The notes under the pieces were generated by a model, which did not search any database, had not been told where the DNA came from, and saw nothing but the letters and a program-made list of their open reading frames with translations. A stretch of 64,000 bases of DNA, taken from positions 2,471 to 66,470 of the forward strand of contig JANWKV010000017.1 in NCBI GenBank assembly GCA_025451195.1. Reading direction: 5' to 3'. Made by a program: the position numbers and the translations under genes. This document shows positions 46,077 through 58,402 of the stretch, one piece after another; positions within the stretch are counted from its first letter, which is position 1; each line of letters begins with the position of its first letter. This DNA is from Candidatus Microgenomates bacterium (GTDB lineage Bacteria > Patescibacteriota > Microgenomatia > Levybacterales > UBA12049).

Positions 46077-46125
46077 GGGCAGATATTTTAATCGTACACA
46101 AAGAAGAGCTATAATACAAGCTGTT

Positions 46126-46779
46126 ATGCAAACATTTTTGATTATTTCCAAAAATAAAGACCGGGAAAAGATTTACATAAATGACATGCGCAAAAAACAA
46201 AATATTGATCCTCTCGATTGCGTTTTTTTATCAACAGAGAAAACATTTGGCATTGAAAATGTACGCGATCTGCAGAAAACCATCTTTTTAAAACCCTTAA
46301 AAAGCAAGGAAAAAATTGTTGTTGTTGAAGATTTTCAAACCGCAACGATTGAGGCTCAAAACGCAATGCTAAAAATCCTTGAAGAACCGCCAAATAACAC
46401 AATTATTATTTTGACTTCTCAATCTATAAGATTTGTTATTCCGACCGTTCTTTCCCGGACAACATTAGTGCATCTTGAGGACGAAGAAAAAAATGATAGA
46501 GACAGTAAATCAACAGAAGAGCTCTTGAAAATTATAACGATGACGGATGAAGAAAAATTATACCTAGCACAGGAAAAATCAAAAGATAAGGAACTTGCTA
46601 TTAACTGGGTAGTAAAGCTTATCTACGGATCAAGAAATTTACTCCTGGAAAACTCATCCAGGCAAAACATTGAGATGTCCAAAAATTTGATTGAATCATA
46701 CAGGCTAATAACAGAAACAAACGTAAATACGCGGTTTTTGCTGGAAAATACACTTTTAAAACTGCGTCAGATTGGTTAA
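46126..46779 (+). CDS. holB: DNA polymerase III delta' subunit-like protein
   Basis: IENVRDL, AQNAMLKILEEPP, IPTVLSR motifs. Confidence 0.82.
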   Translation: MQTFLIISKNKDREKIYINDMRKKQNIDPLDCVFLSTEKTFGIENVRDLQKTIFLKPLKSKEKIVVVEDFQTATIEAQNAMLKILEEPPNNTIIILTSQSIRFVIPTVLSRTTLVHLEDEEKNDRDSKSTEELLKIITMTDEEKLYLAQEKSKDKELAINWVVKLIYGSRNLLLENSSRQNIEMSKNLIESYRLITETNVNTRFLLENTLLKLRQIG

Positions 46780-46937
46780 ACCTGATAATTTTAATATTCT
46801 TGACGAGAGAATATAAAAAAGTTATAACGATCTATTAGAATTTATAAAAATAATAGAAACGAATTCAAATAGTCGGGTATTAAAACTATTTGTATACCCA
46901 TCTAACTCAGGTTTGCAAATAGTGTATAACACCCGAT

Positions 46938-46990
46938 TACTTGATTTTGGCCTCACCAACTTTTTGCAAAATCAAGTATGAGTGGTATAA
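46938..46990 (+). repeat. Dispersed intergenic repeat, copy 2 with 12-bp inverted repeat (upstream of pncB)
   Basis: TACTTGATTTTG...CAAAATCAAGTA perfect IR followed by TGAGTGGTATAA. Confidence 0.65.
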
Positions 46991-47020
46991 AATTGATTTA
47001 GTGGAGTATAGTATTTGAGC

Positions 47021-48082
47021 ATGAGCAAATTTTGGAGCGAGGAAATCATTCAAAAAATAAGAAAAGGATATTATTCCGCAGTGTATTTTAACCGCACAAA
47101 ACAAATTCTTCAGGAAGATAAAAATCTTAAGAGTGTTACTATGCAGATTTTTCAAAAAAAAGATAGCACAATTGTATGTGGCGTAGAAACTGTGAAAGAA
47201 CTGTTAAGAGAAACCACGGGTTATTTTGAAAACGGTAAGTGGATTGACAAACATAATGAAATTTCTCTTTTTTCCTTAAAGGACGGGGATAGTACAGAAA
47301 GCTTGGAAACAGTTATGCATATAAAAGGTCCGTATGCGTATTTTGCGCATCTTGAATCTTTATATCTGGGAATTCTGGCCCGCCAAAGTAAAATCGCAAC
47401 TAATACTAAAAACGTTGTAAAAGCAGCAAACGAAAAATCTGTATTATTTTTCGCAGACAGATTTGACTATTTCTTAAATCAGGAACTTGACGGTTTTTCT
47501 GCAAAAGTTGGCGGGGCAACCGGCGTTGCAACATCCGCACAGGCTAGCTTTTGGAACAATGAGCCTTCCGGGACAATTCCTCACGCATTAATTGCTATAT
47601 ATAATGGTAATACTCTTGAAGCGGCAAAAGCATTTGCTAAAAACTTTCCGCAAGCACCGTTTATTGTTCTTGTTGACTTTGAAAACGATTGTGTAAAAAC
47701 AGCTCTTGCTGTAGCAAGATATTTTGGAGATAAACTTTACGGTGTTAGACTTGATACATCGGAAAGCGTGGTTGACAAATCAGTGAAAGGGGAAAAATTA
47801 TATGGCGTTAACCCTCAGCTTGTAAAGAATGTCCGTGATGCATTAAATAGGCAAGGTTTTGAAAATGTGAAGATTATAGTGTCCGGCGGATTTAGCACTG
47901 AAAAAATTGTGCAATTTGAAAAGGAAAAAGTACCGGTTGATATTTATGGCGTAGGCTCGTCACTAATGAAGGGAAATATTGATTTTACCGCAGACATTGT
48001 AGAAGTGGAAAACATAAAAATTGCAAAATTCGGCAGAGAATTAAAACCTAACAAAAAATTACAGGCCATTGACATCAAATAA
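47021..48082 (+). CDS. pncB: Nicotinate phosphoribosyltransferase (QPRTase-like type)
   Basis: YFNRT, GTIPHALI, LVDFEND, GVRLDTS, VSGGF, YGVGS, DFTADIV motifs; adjacent nicotinamidase. Confidence 0.8.
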   Translation: MSKFWSEEIIQKIRKGYYSAVYFNRTKQILQEDKNLKSVTMQIFQKKDSTIVCGVETVKELLRETTGYFENGKWIDKHNEISLFSLKDGDSTESLETVMHIKGPYAYFAHLESLYLGILARQSKIATNTKNVVKAANEKSVLFFADRFDYFLNQELDGFSAKVGGATGVATSAQASFWNNEPSGTIPHALIAIYNGNTLEAAKAFAKNFPQAPFIVLVDFENDCVKTALAVARYFGDKLYGVRLDTSESVVDKSVKGEKLYGVNPQLVKNVRDALNRQGFENVKIIVSGGFSTEKIVQFEKEKVPVDIYGVGSSLMKGNIDFTADIVEVENIKIAKFGRELKPNKKLQAIDIK

Positions 48083-48115
48083 AATCCCTTGTATTCTGCG
48101 CTCAAAGTCAAATTT

Positions 48116-49507
48116 ATGGAATATTCGGCATTTGAAAAAGTACCTGTTAAAGCGCAAAGTTATTCATTTTTGGACCAAGTTACATTTTGGTTTTCCGCAA
48201 CAAGCCTTCCGGCAACTTGGCTTTATGGAGCTTATATGGCAGGATGGAAAGGTGTTGTTGCATCTTTTCTTTTTATTATTTTCGTAAACGGCCTTTCACT
48301 TATTCCCTGGGCGTATTTTGGAGAAATAGCCCAAAAAACAGGCGGATCCATGATGGCAATTGCCAGGCCGGCTTTTGGAATTAAGGGATCTGTTGTGCCT
48401 TCTGTTTTTTATCTGGCTTTTGGTATGGGTTGGGCTTTGGTTAACGCGTTCTTAGGAAGCATTGCAATTTCTTTTATATTTGCACAATGGCTAAATTGGC
48501 CGGCATATCTAAGCCCACATTCTATTCCATACATGATTGTTTATCTTGCAATTTTTGCAATTCTTAATGGAATTTTTGGAATCGCAGGTCACAGGTGGAT
48601 TAAAAAATTACAATGGGCTGCAACCGGCTTTTTTTTAATTCTTGGCGGATATCAAACGTTTATTGTTGTAAACCAGTGGGGACTGCAAAAAATAATTTCC
48701 TGGGTTCCAACTGCAGTGCAATATTACGCAACGGGTTTTGGAAACTGGCAATTCAGTTTTCCAATAACATTCGCTTTACTTTTTGATTTAATGGTTGCGT
48801 TTAACTGGACATGGGAATTCATTGGGGATTTTTCAAGATTTGCCAAAACAAAAAATGCAGGTACGTGGGGACCGTTTATTGGAGCTTTTGTTGCACAAAT
48901 TTGGTGGTTTATGGTTGGGGCTTTTGCAGTTGCATATTTGGCTTTATCAAATGGCGGAAAATTTACCCCGCTTTTGGCGGACCCGAGTAGCACAACTGTT
49001 TCCTTAGGTCTTGGCTGGCTAGCAGCTCTAATTATACTTTTCGCAACTGTAACCACCGATGCCGGGAATATTTATGCATCTGCTTTAAGTATTTCCAATA
49101 TGTTACCAAAGGCAAAAATTTCACTCAGAAAATTGCTTGTAATTGTTTCCATTCTTGTTTTCCCTTTATCCACTCTTCCTCTTTTATCAGGAAATTTATT
49201 GAACTTCTTTATTTTCTTTTTAGATTTCTTGGGAGCACTCGTTATTCCACTTTGGACTCTTATGCTTGTTGATTACTTCTTTGTTAAAAAAAGAGATTAT
49301 TCCGACGACTTATACAAAAAGGACGGGGGAAAATATTGGTATCAAAATGGTTGGAATTTTAAAGCAATTGCCGTACTTTTTGCCGGCACGATATTTTATT
49401 GGGTAATTAGTTATGTATTCCCAAATATTAGGGAAACATTTACTGCAACTATTCCAACTATAATATTTGTTGGCGTTTTGTACTTACTTGTCTCCAATAA
49501 AAAATAA
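48116..49507 (+). CDS. NCS1-family (cytosine/purine permease) transporter
   Basis: About 12 TM helices; ARPAFGIKGS, DFSRF, NIYAS, VDYF motifs; TTGACA-17-TATTCT promoter at 48069-48097. Confidence 0.85.
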   Translation: MEYSAFEKVPVKAQSYSFLDQVTFWFSATSLPATWLYGAYMAGWKGVVASFLFIIFVNGLSLIPWAYFGEIAQKTGGSMMAIARPAFGIKGSVVPSVFYLAFGMGWALVNAFLGSIAISFIFAQWLNWPAYLSPHSIPYMIVYLAIFAILNGIFGIAGHRWIKKLQWAATGFFLILGGYQTFIVVNQWGLQKIISWVPTAVQYYATGFGNWQFSFPITFALLFDLMVAFNWTWEFIGDFSRFAKTKNAGTWGPFIGAFVAQIWWFMVGAFAVAYLALSNGGKFTPLLADPSSTTVSLGLGWLAALIILFATVTTDAGNIYASALSISNMLPKAKISLRKLLVIVSILVFPLSTLPLLSGNLLNFFIFFLDFLGALVIPLWTLMLVDYFFVKKRDYSDDLYKKDGGKYWYQNGWNFKAIAVLFAGTIFYWVISYVFPNIRETFTATIPTIIFVGVLYLLVSNKK

Positions 49508-49512
49508 CACTT

Positions 49513-50196
49513 ATGCACGAAGAATTCCTTTCCTGGCTTGACAGCTGGAAAAATAATCTTAAGCCTATTCAATTTAAATATCTTGGTGATTCTAAAAAAA
49601 TCGCGATTGTTTCTGTTGACATGATTGTTGGTTTTTGTCACAAAGGTGCTCTTTCCAGTAAAGAAGTTCATGATATTATTCCCGCTGTTGTTGATGTGTT
49701 TAAAAAAGCAAATGATTATGGAATAAAAAATTTCCTGCTTTTGCAAGATTCACATATAGAAAATGCGGAAGAATTTAGTATTTATCCACCACATTGTATT
49801 AAAGGTACCGGGGAAGCACAAAATATACCAGAGCTTGCAGATCTTCCATTTTCAGATAAATTTACTACTTTTGAAAAAAACGCGTGGAGTCCGGCATATG
49901 ACACCACCCTAAATGACTGGATTAAAAATCATCCAGAGGTAGAAACATTTATTATTGTAGGGGATTGCACCGATATTTGTGTTCATGCCACAGCAATGCA
50001 TCTTAGGATGCAAGCAAACGCATTACAAAAAAAAAGAAAAATAATAATTCTTTCAAATTCAGTTGCAACCTACGATATTTCCGTAGAAAAATCTAAAGAA
50101 TTAAACACGCTCCCGCATCCATCTGACATTTTTCATTTAATGTTTCTCTACCAGATGAAACTAAATGGAATTGAGATTGTAAAAAAAATAGTTTAA
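49513..50196 (+). CDS. pncA: Nicotinamidase / isochorismatase-family cysteine hydrolase
   Basis: VDMIVGF, DSH, PPHCIKGT, FEKN, GDCTDICV motifs. Confidence 0.82.
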   Translation: MHEEFLSWLDSWKNNLKPIQFKYLGDSKKIAIVSVDMIVGFCHKGALSSKEVHDIIPAVVDVFKKANDYGIKNFLLLQDSHIENAEEFSIYPPHCIKGTGEAQNIPELADLPFSDKFTTFEKNAWSPAYDTTLNDWIKNHPEVETFIIVGDCTDICVHATAMHLRMQANALQKKRKIIILSNSVATYDISVEKSKELNTLPHPSDIFHLMFLYQMKLNGIEIVKKIV

Positions 50197-50211
50197 TGCT
50201 AATCTCAACTA

Positions 50212-50781
50212 ATGTTTAAAGATCCAATCCTCAATAAACTTATAAAAAAATACCCCTCTCCTGTTTTTGAAGACAGAAGCAAAAGATTATTCGAACGACT
50301 TGTAGAAGCAATAATCTCGCAACAATTGTCTGTAAAAGCAGCGGATACTATCTTTAACAGATTTTTAGATATCTTTAAAACAAAATCTTTCCCATCGCCA
50401 AAAGAGGTATTAAAAATAAATGATGAAAAAATTAGGAAAGCCGGTATTTCATACAGGAAGATAGAATATATTAAAGGCATTGCACAATCTTTTCTTGATA
50501 AAAAAATAGATATTAAAGCAATAAAAAACGTATCCGATGAGGAAGTAATCGTGGAGCTAACAAAACTTAAGGGAATAGGGAAGTGGACGGCCGAAATGAT
50601 TTTAATTTTTTCCTTGCAAAGACCGGACGTGTTTTCTATTGGAGATGCCGGTCTAAGGCGCGCAATCGAAAAACTTTATGGAATCACGAACCAAACTGAA
50701 ATGCTCTCATTGTCAGAAACTTGGAAACCTTTTCGCTCTACAGCCTCGTGGTACTTATGGAGATCTTTGGAAAATGATTAA
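50212..50781 (+). CDS. alkA: DNA-3-methyladenine glycosylase (AlkA/HhH-GPD)
   Basis: IISQQLS, LKGIGKWTAEM HhH, D.GL, WKPFRSTASWYLW motifs. Confidence 0.88.
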   Translation: MFKDPILNKLIKKYPSPVFEDRSKRLFERLVEAIISQQLSVKAADTIFNRFLDIFKTKSFPSPKEVLKINDEKIRKAGISYRKIEYIKGIAQSFLDKKIDIKAIKNVSDEEVIVELTKLKGIGKWTAEMILIFSLQRPDVFSIGDAGLRRAIEKLYGITNQTEMLSLSETWKPFRSTASWYLWRSLEND

Positions 50782-50842
50782 AGCTTATAATTATTTATTA
50801 CTATAACTTATTGCCCTAATTACGAAAAATATGCTAATATAG

Positions 50843-52795
<1,953 letters not shown>

Positions 52796-52826
52796 GGATT
52801 GTAATGATATAATAATCAAATAACTT

Positions 52827-53369
52827 ATGCCTGATTTTAATAAAATTTTAGCACCAGGAGATTTAGACAAAGGACTTATTAATGCCGTCATTGATATTCC
52901 ACAAGGATCATTCCTGAAAGTTGAATATAACAGGAAAGCAGGAACTTTTTTTGTTGACAGAGTCGAGCCAAATATTTTTGCAAAACCTGTTAATTACGGA
53001 TTTATTCCTCAAACAAAAGATACAGACGGAGACGAATTGGATGTTATGTTGGTCTGTGAAGAGGCAATACCAACAGGAACTCATTTGCAGGCAAAGATTT
53101 TGGGAATTATGAATTTTGAAGATGATGGTGAAATGGATTATAAAATAGTATGCGTCCCGGCAGATGACAGAAATACAGGTGACAGCATTAAATCTTTAGA
53201 AGATCTTGGAGAAAGGTGGAAACAAAAAATGGAATTTCATTTTAACCACTATAAAGACCTTAAAAAGCCCGGAACAACAAAAGTGTTGGGTTGGGGTAAT
53301 ATAGAGGAAGCGAAAAAAATTATCCTCGAGTGTATCACCCGATACAAAAAAGAAGGCTTCTCCAAATAA
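52827..53369 (+). CDS. ppa: Inorganic pyrophosphatase (family I)
   Basis: NYGFIPQT, DGDELDV, D.K, YKDL motifs. Confidence 0.92.
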   Translation: MPDFNKILAPGDLDKGLINAVIDIPQGSFLKVEYNRKAGTFFVDRVEPNIFAKPVNYGFIPQTKDTDGDELDVMLVCEEAIPTGTHLQAKILGIMNFEDDGEMDYKIVCVPADDRNTGDSIKSLEDLGERWKQKMEFHFNHYKDLKKPGTTKVLGWGNIEEAKKIILECITRYKKEGFSK

Positions 53370-53378
53370 TAAATTTTT

Positions 53379-55892
53379 ATGACAGAAATAGGCAAATTAC
53401 AAAAAACTGAGATTACTGGAGAAATGAAGAGGGCGTATTTAGACTACGCCATGTCTGTTATTGTCTCAAGGGCACTACCGGATGTTCGTGATGGTCTAAA
53501 ACCGGTCCATAGACGTATTCTTTATGCAATGCACGAATTGGGACTTGACCATAATTCCAAATATAAAAAATCGGCAACGGTTGTTGGAGAAGTGATGGGA
53601 AAATATCACCCTCATGGGGACATGCCAATCTATGATGCTCTTGTCCGTTTGGCTCAGGATTTTTCAATGCGATATCCGCTTATTGACGGGCAGGGAAATT
53701 TTGGGTCCCTAGACGGAGATCCGCCGGCTGCCATGCGTTACACCGAAGCAAGAATGGCAGCAATAACCAATGAAATGCTTTATGACATTGAAAAACAAAC
53801 TGTCGATACAATTTCTAATTTTGATTCAACCCGGCAGGAGCCGGTCTATCTTCCTGCAAAATTACCAAATCTTTTACTCATGGGAAGTGAAGGGATCGCG
53901 GTTGGAATGGCAACAAAAATTCCTCCTCATAATCTAACCGAAGTATTGGACGCGGTTATTGCACTTATTGCAAAATCAAAAATTGAAAAAACAACACGCG
54001 TAAATCTTACTTCAACTATTACTGTTGAAGAACTTTTGGAAATTATTAAAGGACCGGATTTCCCAACTGCGGGAAGTATTTACGACATAAACGAAATAAG
54101 AAATCTTTATACAACCGGCAAGGGAAAAATTTTAATGCGGGGAAAGGCAGAAATTGAAGAAATCGGCAACGGAAAATCTGCAATTATAGTTACCGAACTT
54201 CCTTATCAGGTAAATAAAGCACTACTTGTTGCCCGCATTGCGGAGCTTGCCAAAGAGAAAAAAGTTGAGGGGATTTCCGATTTACGCGACGAATCAGACA
54301 GACACGGACTTCGAATTGTCATTGAGTTAAAACGTGATGCATCTCCTAAAAAAGTTTTAAATAATTTATACAAAAACACGGCTCTGCAAACTACGTTTGC
54401 CGCAAATGTTGTTGCACTAGTTGACGGCACTCCTCAAACCCTTACTTTAAAAGTGATTCTTGAAGAATATCTAAAGCACAGGTTTATTGTTATCACAAGA
54501 AGGTCGGAATTTGAACTTTCTCAGGCAAAAGCAAGGCTTCATATTCTGGAAGGTTTAAAAATTGCCGTTGATCATATCGATGCGGTTATAAAAACAATTA
54601 GGGAATCCAAAGACCAGGAAGATGCGAAGAAAAACTTAATGGCAAAATTCAAGTTGTCGGAAATCCAATCAACCGCAATTTTAGACATGCAGCTGAGGCG
54701 CCTCGCAGCTCTGGAACGGCAAAAGATAGAAGACGAACTTCTAATGGTACGGGAAACAATTGCCTATTTGGAAGATTTACTTTCCCACCCGGATAAAATC
54801 CTCAAAGTTGTTAAAGACGAGTTGGAAAAGCTAAAAGAAAAGTATGCCGACCCGAGACGAACAAGAGTGTATAAAGGTAAAGTCGATGAATTTTCGGAAG
54901 AGGATTTAATTCCAAATGAACCGACCGTTATAACTATTACAGATACTGGTTATATAAAAAGACAATCCACAACCAGTTTCCATACTCAACACAGAGGAGG
55001 TAAAGGAATTAAGGGAATGACAACAAAAGACGAAGATGACATTATGAATATCCGCTACGCCCAAACTCATGACAACCTTCTCTTCTTCACAAACAAAGGA
55101 AAGGTTTACCAACTTAAGGCGTATGAAATTGCGGAAAGTAGTCGTACCAGCAAAGGCTCTGCAATTGTTAATCTTTTGAATATTGAGCAAGGTGAAAGAA
55201 TTGAATCATTTATTAACTACGCTGGCAAAGTATCAGGCAAATATGTTTTCCTCACGACCAGAAACGGTACTGTTAAAAAATCAAAAGTATCTGAGTTTGA
55301 AAATATAAGAAAAAGCGGAATTGTAGCAATTAAATTGGATAAGGGAGATGAACTTGTTTGGAGTACGTTAACTACAGGAGATAACGAGGTACTACTTGTT
55401 ACAAAAGAAGGTAAAGCAATTAAATTTTCTGAGTCAGAAGTAAGACCAATGGGTAGAGCAACTCAGGGAGTAAGAGGAATTCTTATTGGTAATACCGACC
55501 AAGTTATTAGCATGGATGTTATTGCAAAAGGGGATAAAACAGCTGAGCTTTTTACAATAATGGAAAACGGTCTTGGTAAAAAAACTTTAGCTCAGGAATT
55601 TAGGGGAGCCCACAGGGGAGGCCAGGGAGTAAAAGTTGCAAATGTTTCCGAAAAAACAGGTAAGGTGGCTTTCTCGCAGGTTATTCCTCCAAACGCAAAA
55701 TCTGTTATATTAACGTCCAAAAAAGGACAGGTTGTTCAACTTGAACTTGCATCCGTGCCAAAACTTTCCCGGGCAACTCAGGGAGTAATTTTAATGCGCT
55801 TTTCAAAAGCGGGAGACCATATTGCCTCAGCAACTTGTATCGAAATAAAAGAAGAAATAATTAAAAAATTAGAAAAAAACGAAAAAAAATAA
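53379..55892 (+). CDS. gyrA: DNA gyrase subunit A
   Basis: YHPHGD, AAMRYTE, GyrA-box QHRGGKG, CTD pinwheel repeats. Confidence 0.97.
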   Translation: MTEIGKLQKTEITGEMKRAYLDYAMSVIVSRALPDVRDGLKPVHRRILYAMHELGLDHNSKYKKSATVVGEVMGKYHPHGDMPIYDALVRLAQDFSMRYPLIDGQGNFGSLDGDPPAAMRYTEARMAAITNEMLYDIEKQTVDTISNFDSTRQEPVYLPAKLPNLLLMGSEGIAVGMATKIPPHNLTEVLDAVIALIAKSKIEKTTRVNLTSTITVEELLEIIKGPDFPTAGSIYDINEIRNLYTTGKGKILMRGKAEIEEIGNGKSAIIVTELPYQVNKALLVARIAELAKEKKVEGISDLRDESDRHGLRIVIELKRDASPKKVLNNLYKNTALQTTFAANVVALVDGTPQTLTLKVILEEYLKHRFIVITRRSEFELSQAKARLHILEGLKIAVDHIDAVIKTIRESKDQEDAKKNLMAKFKLSEIQSTAILDMQLRRLAALERQKIEDELLMVRETIAYLEDLLSHPDKILKVVKDELEKLKEKYADPRRTRVYKGKVDEFSEEDLIPNEPTVITITDTGYIKRQSTTSFHTQHRGGKGIKGMTTKDEDDIMNIRYAQTHDNLLFFTNKGKVYQLKAYEIAESSRTSKGSAIVNLLNIEQGERIESFINYAGKVSGKYVFLTTRNGTVKKSKVSEFENIRKSGIVAIKLDKGDELVWSTLTTGDNEVLLVTKEGKAIKFSESEVRPMGRATQGVRGILIGNTDQVISMDVIAKGDKTAELFTIMENGLGKKTLAQEFRGAHRGGQGVKVANVSEKTGKVAFSQVIPPNAKSVILTSKKGQVVQLELASVPKLSRATQGVILMRFSKAGDHIASATCIEIKEEIIKKLEKNEKK

Positions 55893-55898
55893 GCCGTT

Positions 55899-56759
55899 AT
55901 GGTAATTGATGGCAAACAGTTGGCGGAAAAAATATTAGAAGAACTTGCCGTCCGTGTTGAGAAATTAAAAGAAGAAAAAAGCATTACGCCTCATTTAGCA
56001 GTTATCAGAGTTGGAGACGATCCAGCTACTACGGCATATGTAAATCAAAAAAAACGCATGGGCGAGAAAATAGGCGGCGTTGTGAGCATTTATAATTTTG
56101 ACAAAAACGATTCACAAGAAAAAGTCTTAGAATGCATTGAATTTTTACAAAAAAAAGGAGACATTAACGGGCTAATTATACAACTTCCTCTTCCGCGCCA
56201 ATTGAATGAAGAAATATTAACAAACGCTGTTGAAAAAGATAAAGATGTTGACGGTTTTAGGAAAGATTCAGGTTTTAGCGAACCAATCGCGGAAGCAGTT
56301 ATTAGAATCTTAGAAGAAATTTTTTTACAGGAACAGCAAAATAAAAATACAGGCAGTAAAGAATTCCTCTCCTGGCTTAAGCCTCAAAAAATTGTTGTTA
56401 TGGGTAAGGGTAAAACAGGGGGAAAACCGATTATTCATATTTTAAATAATCTGGGAATTACACCAACTATTGTTGACAGCAAAACCCCAAACATGGAAGA
56501 GTTAACGCAAAGTGCCGACATTCTAGTTTGCGCTATTGGCAAAGGGAAAATTATAACTGAAGGTATGATTAAAAAAGACGCAATTTTACTTGGAATAGGA
56601 ATGCATCGGGAATCAGATGGAAAATTGCATGGAGATTACGATTCTGAAGAAATTGCTGGAAAAGCTGCCTATTATACCCCTATTCCAGGAGGTATAGGGC
56701 CCGTAAATGCGGCAATGTTATTGGTAAATGTTGTTAATGCGGCAGAAAATCAAAACTAA
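55899..56759 (+). CDS. folD: Methylenetetrahydrofolate dehydrogenase/cyclohydrolase
   Basis: IDGK, YVNQK, IIQLPLP, KDVDG, TPIPGGIGP motifs. Confidence 0.92.
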   Translation: MVIDGKQLAEKILEELAVRVEKLKEEKSITPHLAVIRVGDDPATTAYVNQKKRMGEKIGGVVSIYNFDKNDSQEKVLECIEFLQKKGDINGLIIQLPLPRQLNEEILTNAVEKDKDVDGFRKDSGFSEPIAEAVIRILEEIFLQEQQNKNTGSKEFLSWLKPQKIVVMGKGKTGGKPIIHILNNLGITPTIVDSKTPNMEELTQSADILVCAIGKGKIITEGMIKKDAILLGIGMHRESDGKLHGDYDSEEIAGKAAYYTPIPGGIGPVNAAMLLVNVVNAAENQN

Positions 56760-56760
56760 T

Positions 56761-57924
56761 ATGGACGTTTATGAAGAAGCAATAAAGCTTCACAAAAAAT
56801 ACCAGGGAAAACTTGAAACCGTTTCTAAAATATTTGTTAAGGACAAACAAACACTTTCCCAGGTTTATACTCCCGGCGTTGGTGCTGTATCAAAAGCAAT
56901 TGAAGCTAATAAAGAATTGGCAAAAGAGCTAACTCTTAAAGGACGCACTATCGCAGTTGTTTCCGATGGAAGCGCTGTTTTGGGCCTCAGGAATATTGGA
57001 CCCGAGGCTGCAATGCCTGTTATGGAAGGGAAGGCAATTTTATTTAAGCAGTTTGGTGGACTTGATGCTTTTCCGATTTGTATTGGCACCCAAAATACAG
57101 GCGAGATTATCACATTTGTGAAAAATTTGACTCCAACATTTGCCGGAATTAATTTAGAAGACATCGAAGCACCCCGTTGTTTTGTTATTGAACAAGCTTT
57201 GCAAGACATTGGAATCCCTGTTATGCACGATGACCAGCATGGCACAGCAGTTGTTGTATTGGCAGGACTTTTAAATGCTGCAAAAGTTGTCGGCAAGAGT
57301 CTGCAAGATTTAAAAGTAGTAATAAACGGCGCAGGTGCTGCGGGTATTGCAATTGCAAATATGCTTTTATGTAAGAGTTTTGAATCCGACATCTGTACTC
57401 CTGTTGGGGATTTAATACTCGTTGACAGCAAAGGAATTATAGATCGCGACCGAAAAGACTTGAATATATTCAAAAAAGAAATTGCAAGGTATTCAAATAA
57501 AGAAAATAAATCGGGTATTCTTATGGACGGCTTAATGGGAGCAGACGTTTTTATTGGTGTTTCAAGAGGTAATCTTGTTACTCCAAAAATGATAAAAACC
57601 ATGAACAAAAATGCAATTGTTTTTGCAATAGCAAATCCAATCCCTGAAATTATGCCCGGTGACGCTAAAAAAGGCGGAGCAACAGTTGTTGCATCGGGAA
57701 GAAGTGACTTTCCGAATCAAATCAACAATGTTTTGGCTTTCCCTGGAATTTTTAAAGGTGCGTTAAAATCAGGAGCCACAAGAATAACAAACGTTATGAA
57801 ACATGCCGCGGCTTACGCAATAGCAGGAACAATTAAGAATCCAACGGCAGATGAAATTATTCCAAGTGTTTTTTATCCAAACCTTGCCGACATTGTTGCA
57901 AAAGCAGTTTCAGATGCCACCTAG
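56761..57924 (+). CDS. NAD(P)-dependent malic enzyme
   Basis: YTPGV, VSDGSAVLGL, MEGK, NLEDI, HDDQHGTA, GAGAAG, NNVLAFPG motifs. Confidence 0.93.
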   Translation: MDVYEEAIKLHKKYQGKLETVSKIFVKDKQTLSQVYTPGVGAVSKAIEANKELAKELTLKGRTIAVVSDGSAVLGLRNIGPEAAMPVMEGKAILFKQFGGLDAFPICIGTQNTGEIITFVKNLTPTFAGINLEDIEAPRCFVIEQALQDIGIPVMHDDQHGTAVVVLAGLLNAAKVVGKSLQDLKVVINGAGAAGIAIANMLLCKSFESDICTPVGDLILVDSKGIIDRDRKDLNIFKKEIARYSNKENKSGILMDGLMGADVFIGVSRGNLVTPKMIKTMNKNAIVFAIANPIPEIMPGDAKKGGATVVASGRSDFPNQINNVLAFPGIFKGALKSGATRITNVMKHAAAYAIAGTIKNPTADEIIPSVFYPNLADIVAKAVSDAT

Positions 57925-57939
57925 CTTCAAAATGACCCC

Positions 57940-57968
57940 TTGACAAGATATAAAACCCGTAGTATATT
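57940..57968 (+). promoter_or_regulatory. Sigma70 promoter of the arg operon leader
   Basis: TTGACA (57940-57945), 17 bp spacer, TATATT (57963-57968). Confidence 0.75.
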
Positions 57969-57990
57969 GGTATTTAACAATTTAAGTTAC

Positions 57991-58230
57991 GGCGTTGACG
58001 GAGAAAGACAACACGAAAGTGAAGTCCTCGAGCTCCTGAGCCAGTTCCAGAAAAAATTCGAAAGAATAGTAAGGAACAGAATAAGCCAATTTGACTCTCT
58101 GTCAAGGCATTCACAGAGGGATTTTTAATCGAAAGATTACCAGATTGGAAAGAAGCGTGGCACCACGGAACAATCCGTCGCTTTCTGCGGTTCTCTCAGT
58201 AAGGAGAGGCCCAGAAAGGGGCGGATTTTT
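57991..58230 (+). ncRNA. T-box riboswitch (transcriptional; probable Arg CGA specifier)
   Basis: Antiterminator AAGCG-TGGCACC-ACGG...CCGT-CGCTT (58153-58183); alternative terminator AATCCGTCGCTTTCTG/CAGAAAGGGGCGGATT plus T-tract; Stem I 57991-58042 with GA kink-turn base. Confidence 0.85.
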
Positions 58231-58354
58231 GGTATTCCGACAGTTTTTTAAAAATAGAATACCAACCCGCCGACCAATCGCCCTGTGAGGCGTGCATGAA
58301 TAATACTGAAAAGCCGAACGGAAAGATTAGGCGGGTGTGAGTAAAAATGAAAGA

Positions 58355-58394
58355 AGATCCTGAAATCCCTTACAGGGTAAAAATTCAGGATGAC
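58355..58394. repeat. REP-like palindromic element
   Basis: AGATCCTGAA...TTCAGGATGAC with an internal CCCT-TAC-AGGG hairpin. Confidence 0.55.
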
Positions 58395-58402
58395 AAAATT
58401 AT

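Noticed and set aside
57940-58288. Two Arg-containing short ORFs (57940-58128 and 58091-58288) as a possible Arg leader peptide
   Set aside because: The first begins at the TTG of the -35 box and neither has clustered Arg codons placed for attenuation; the T-box explains the region.
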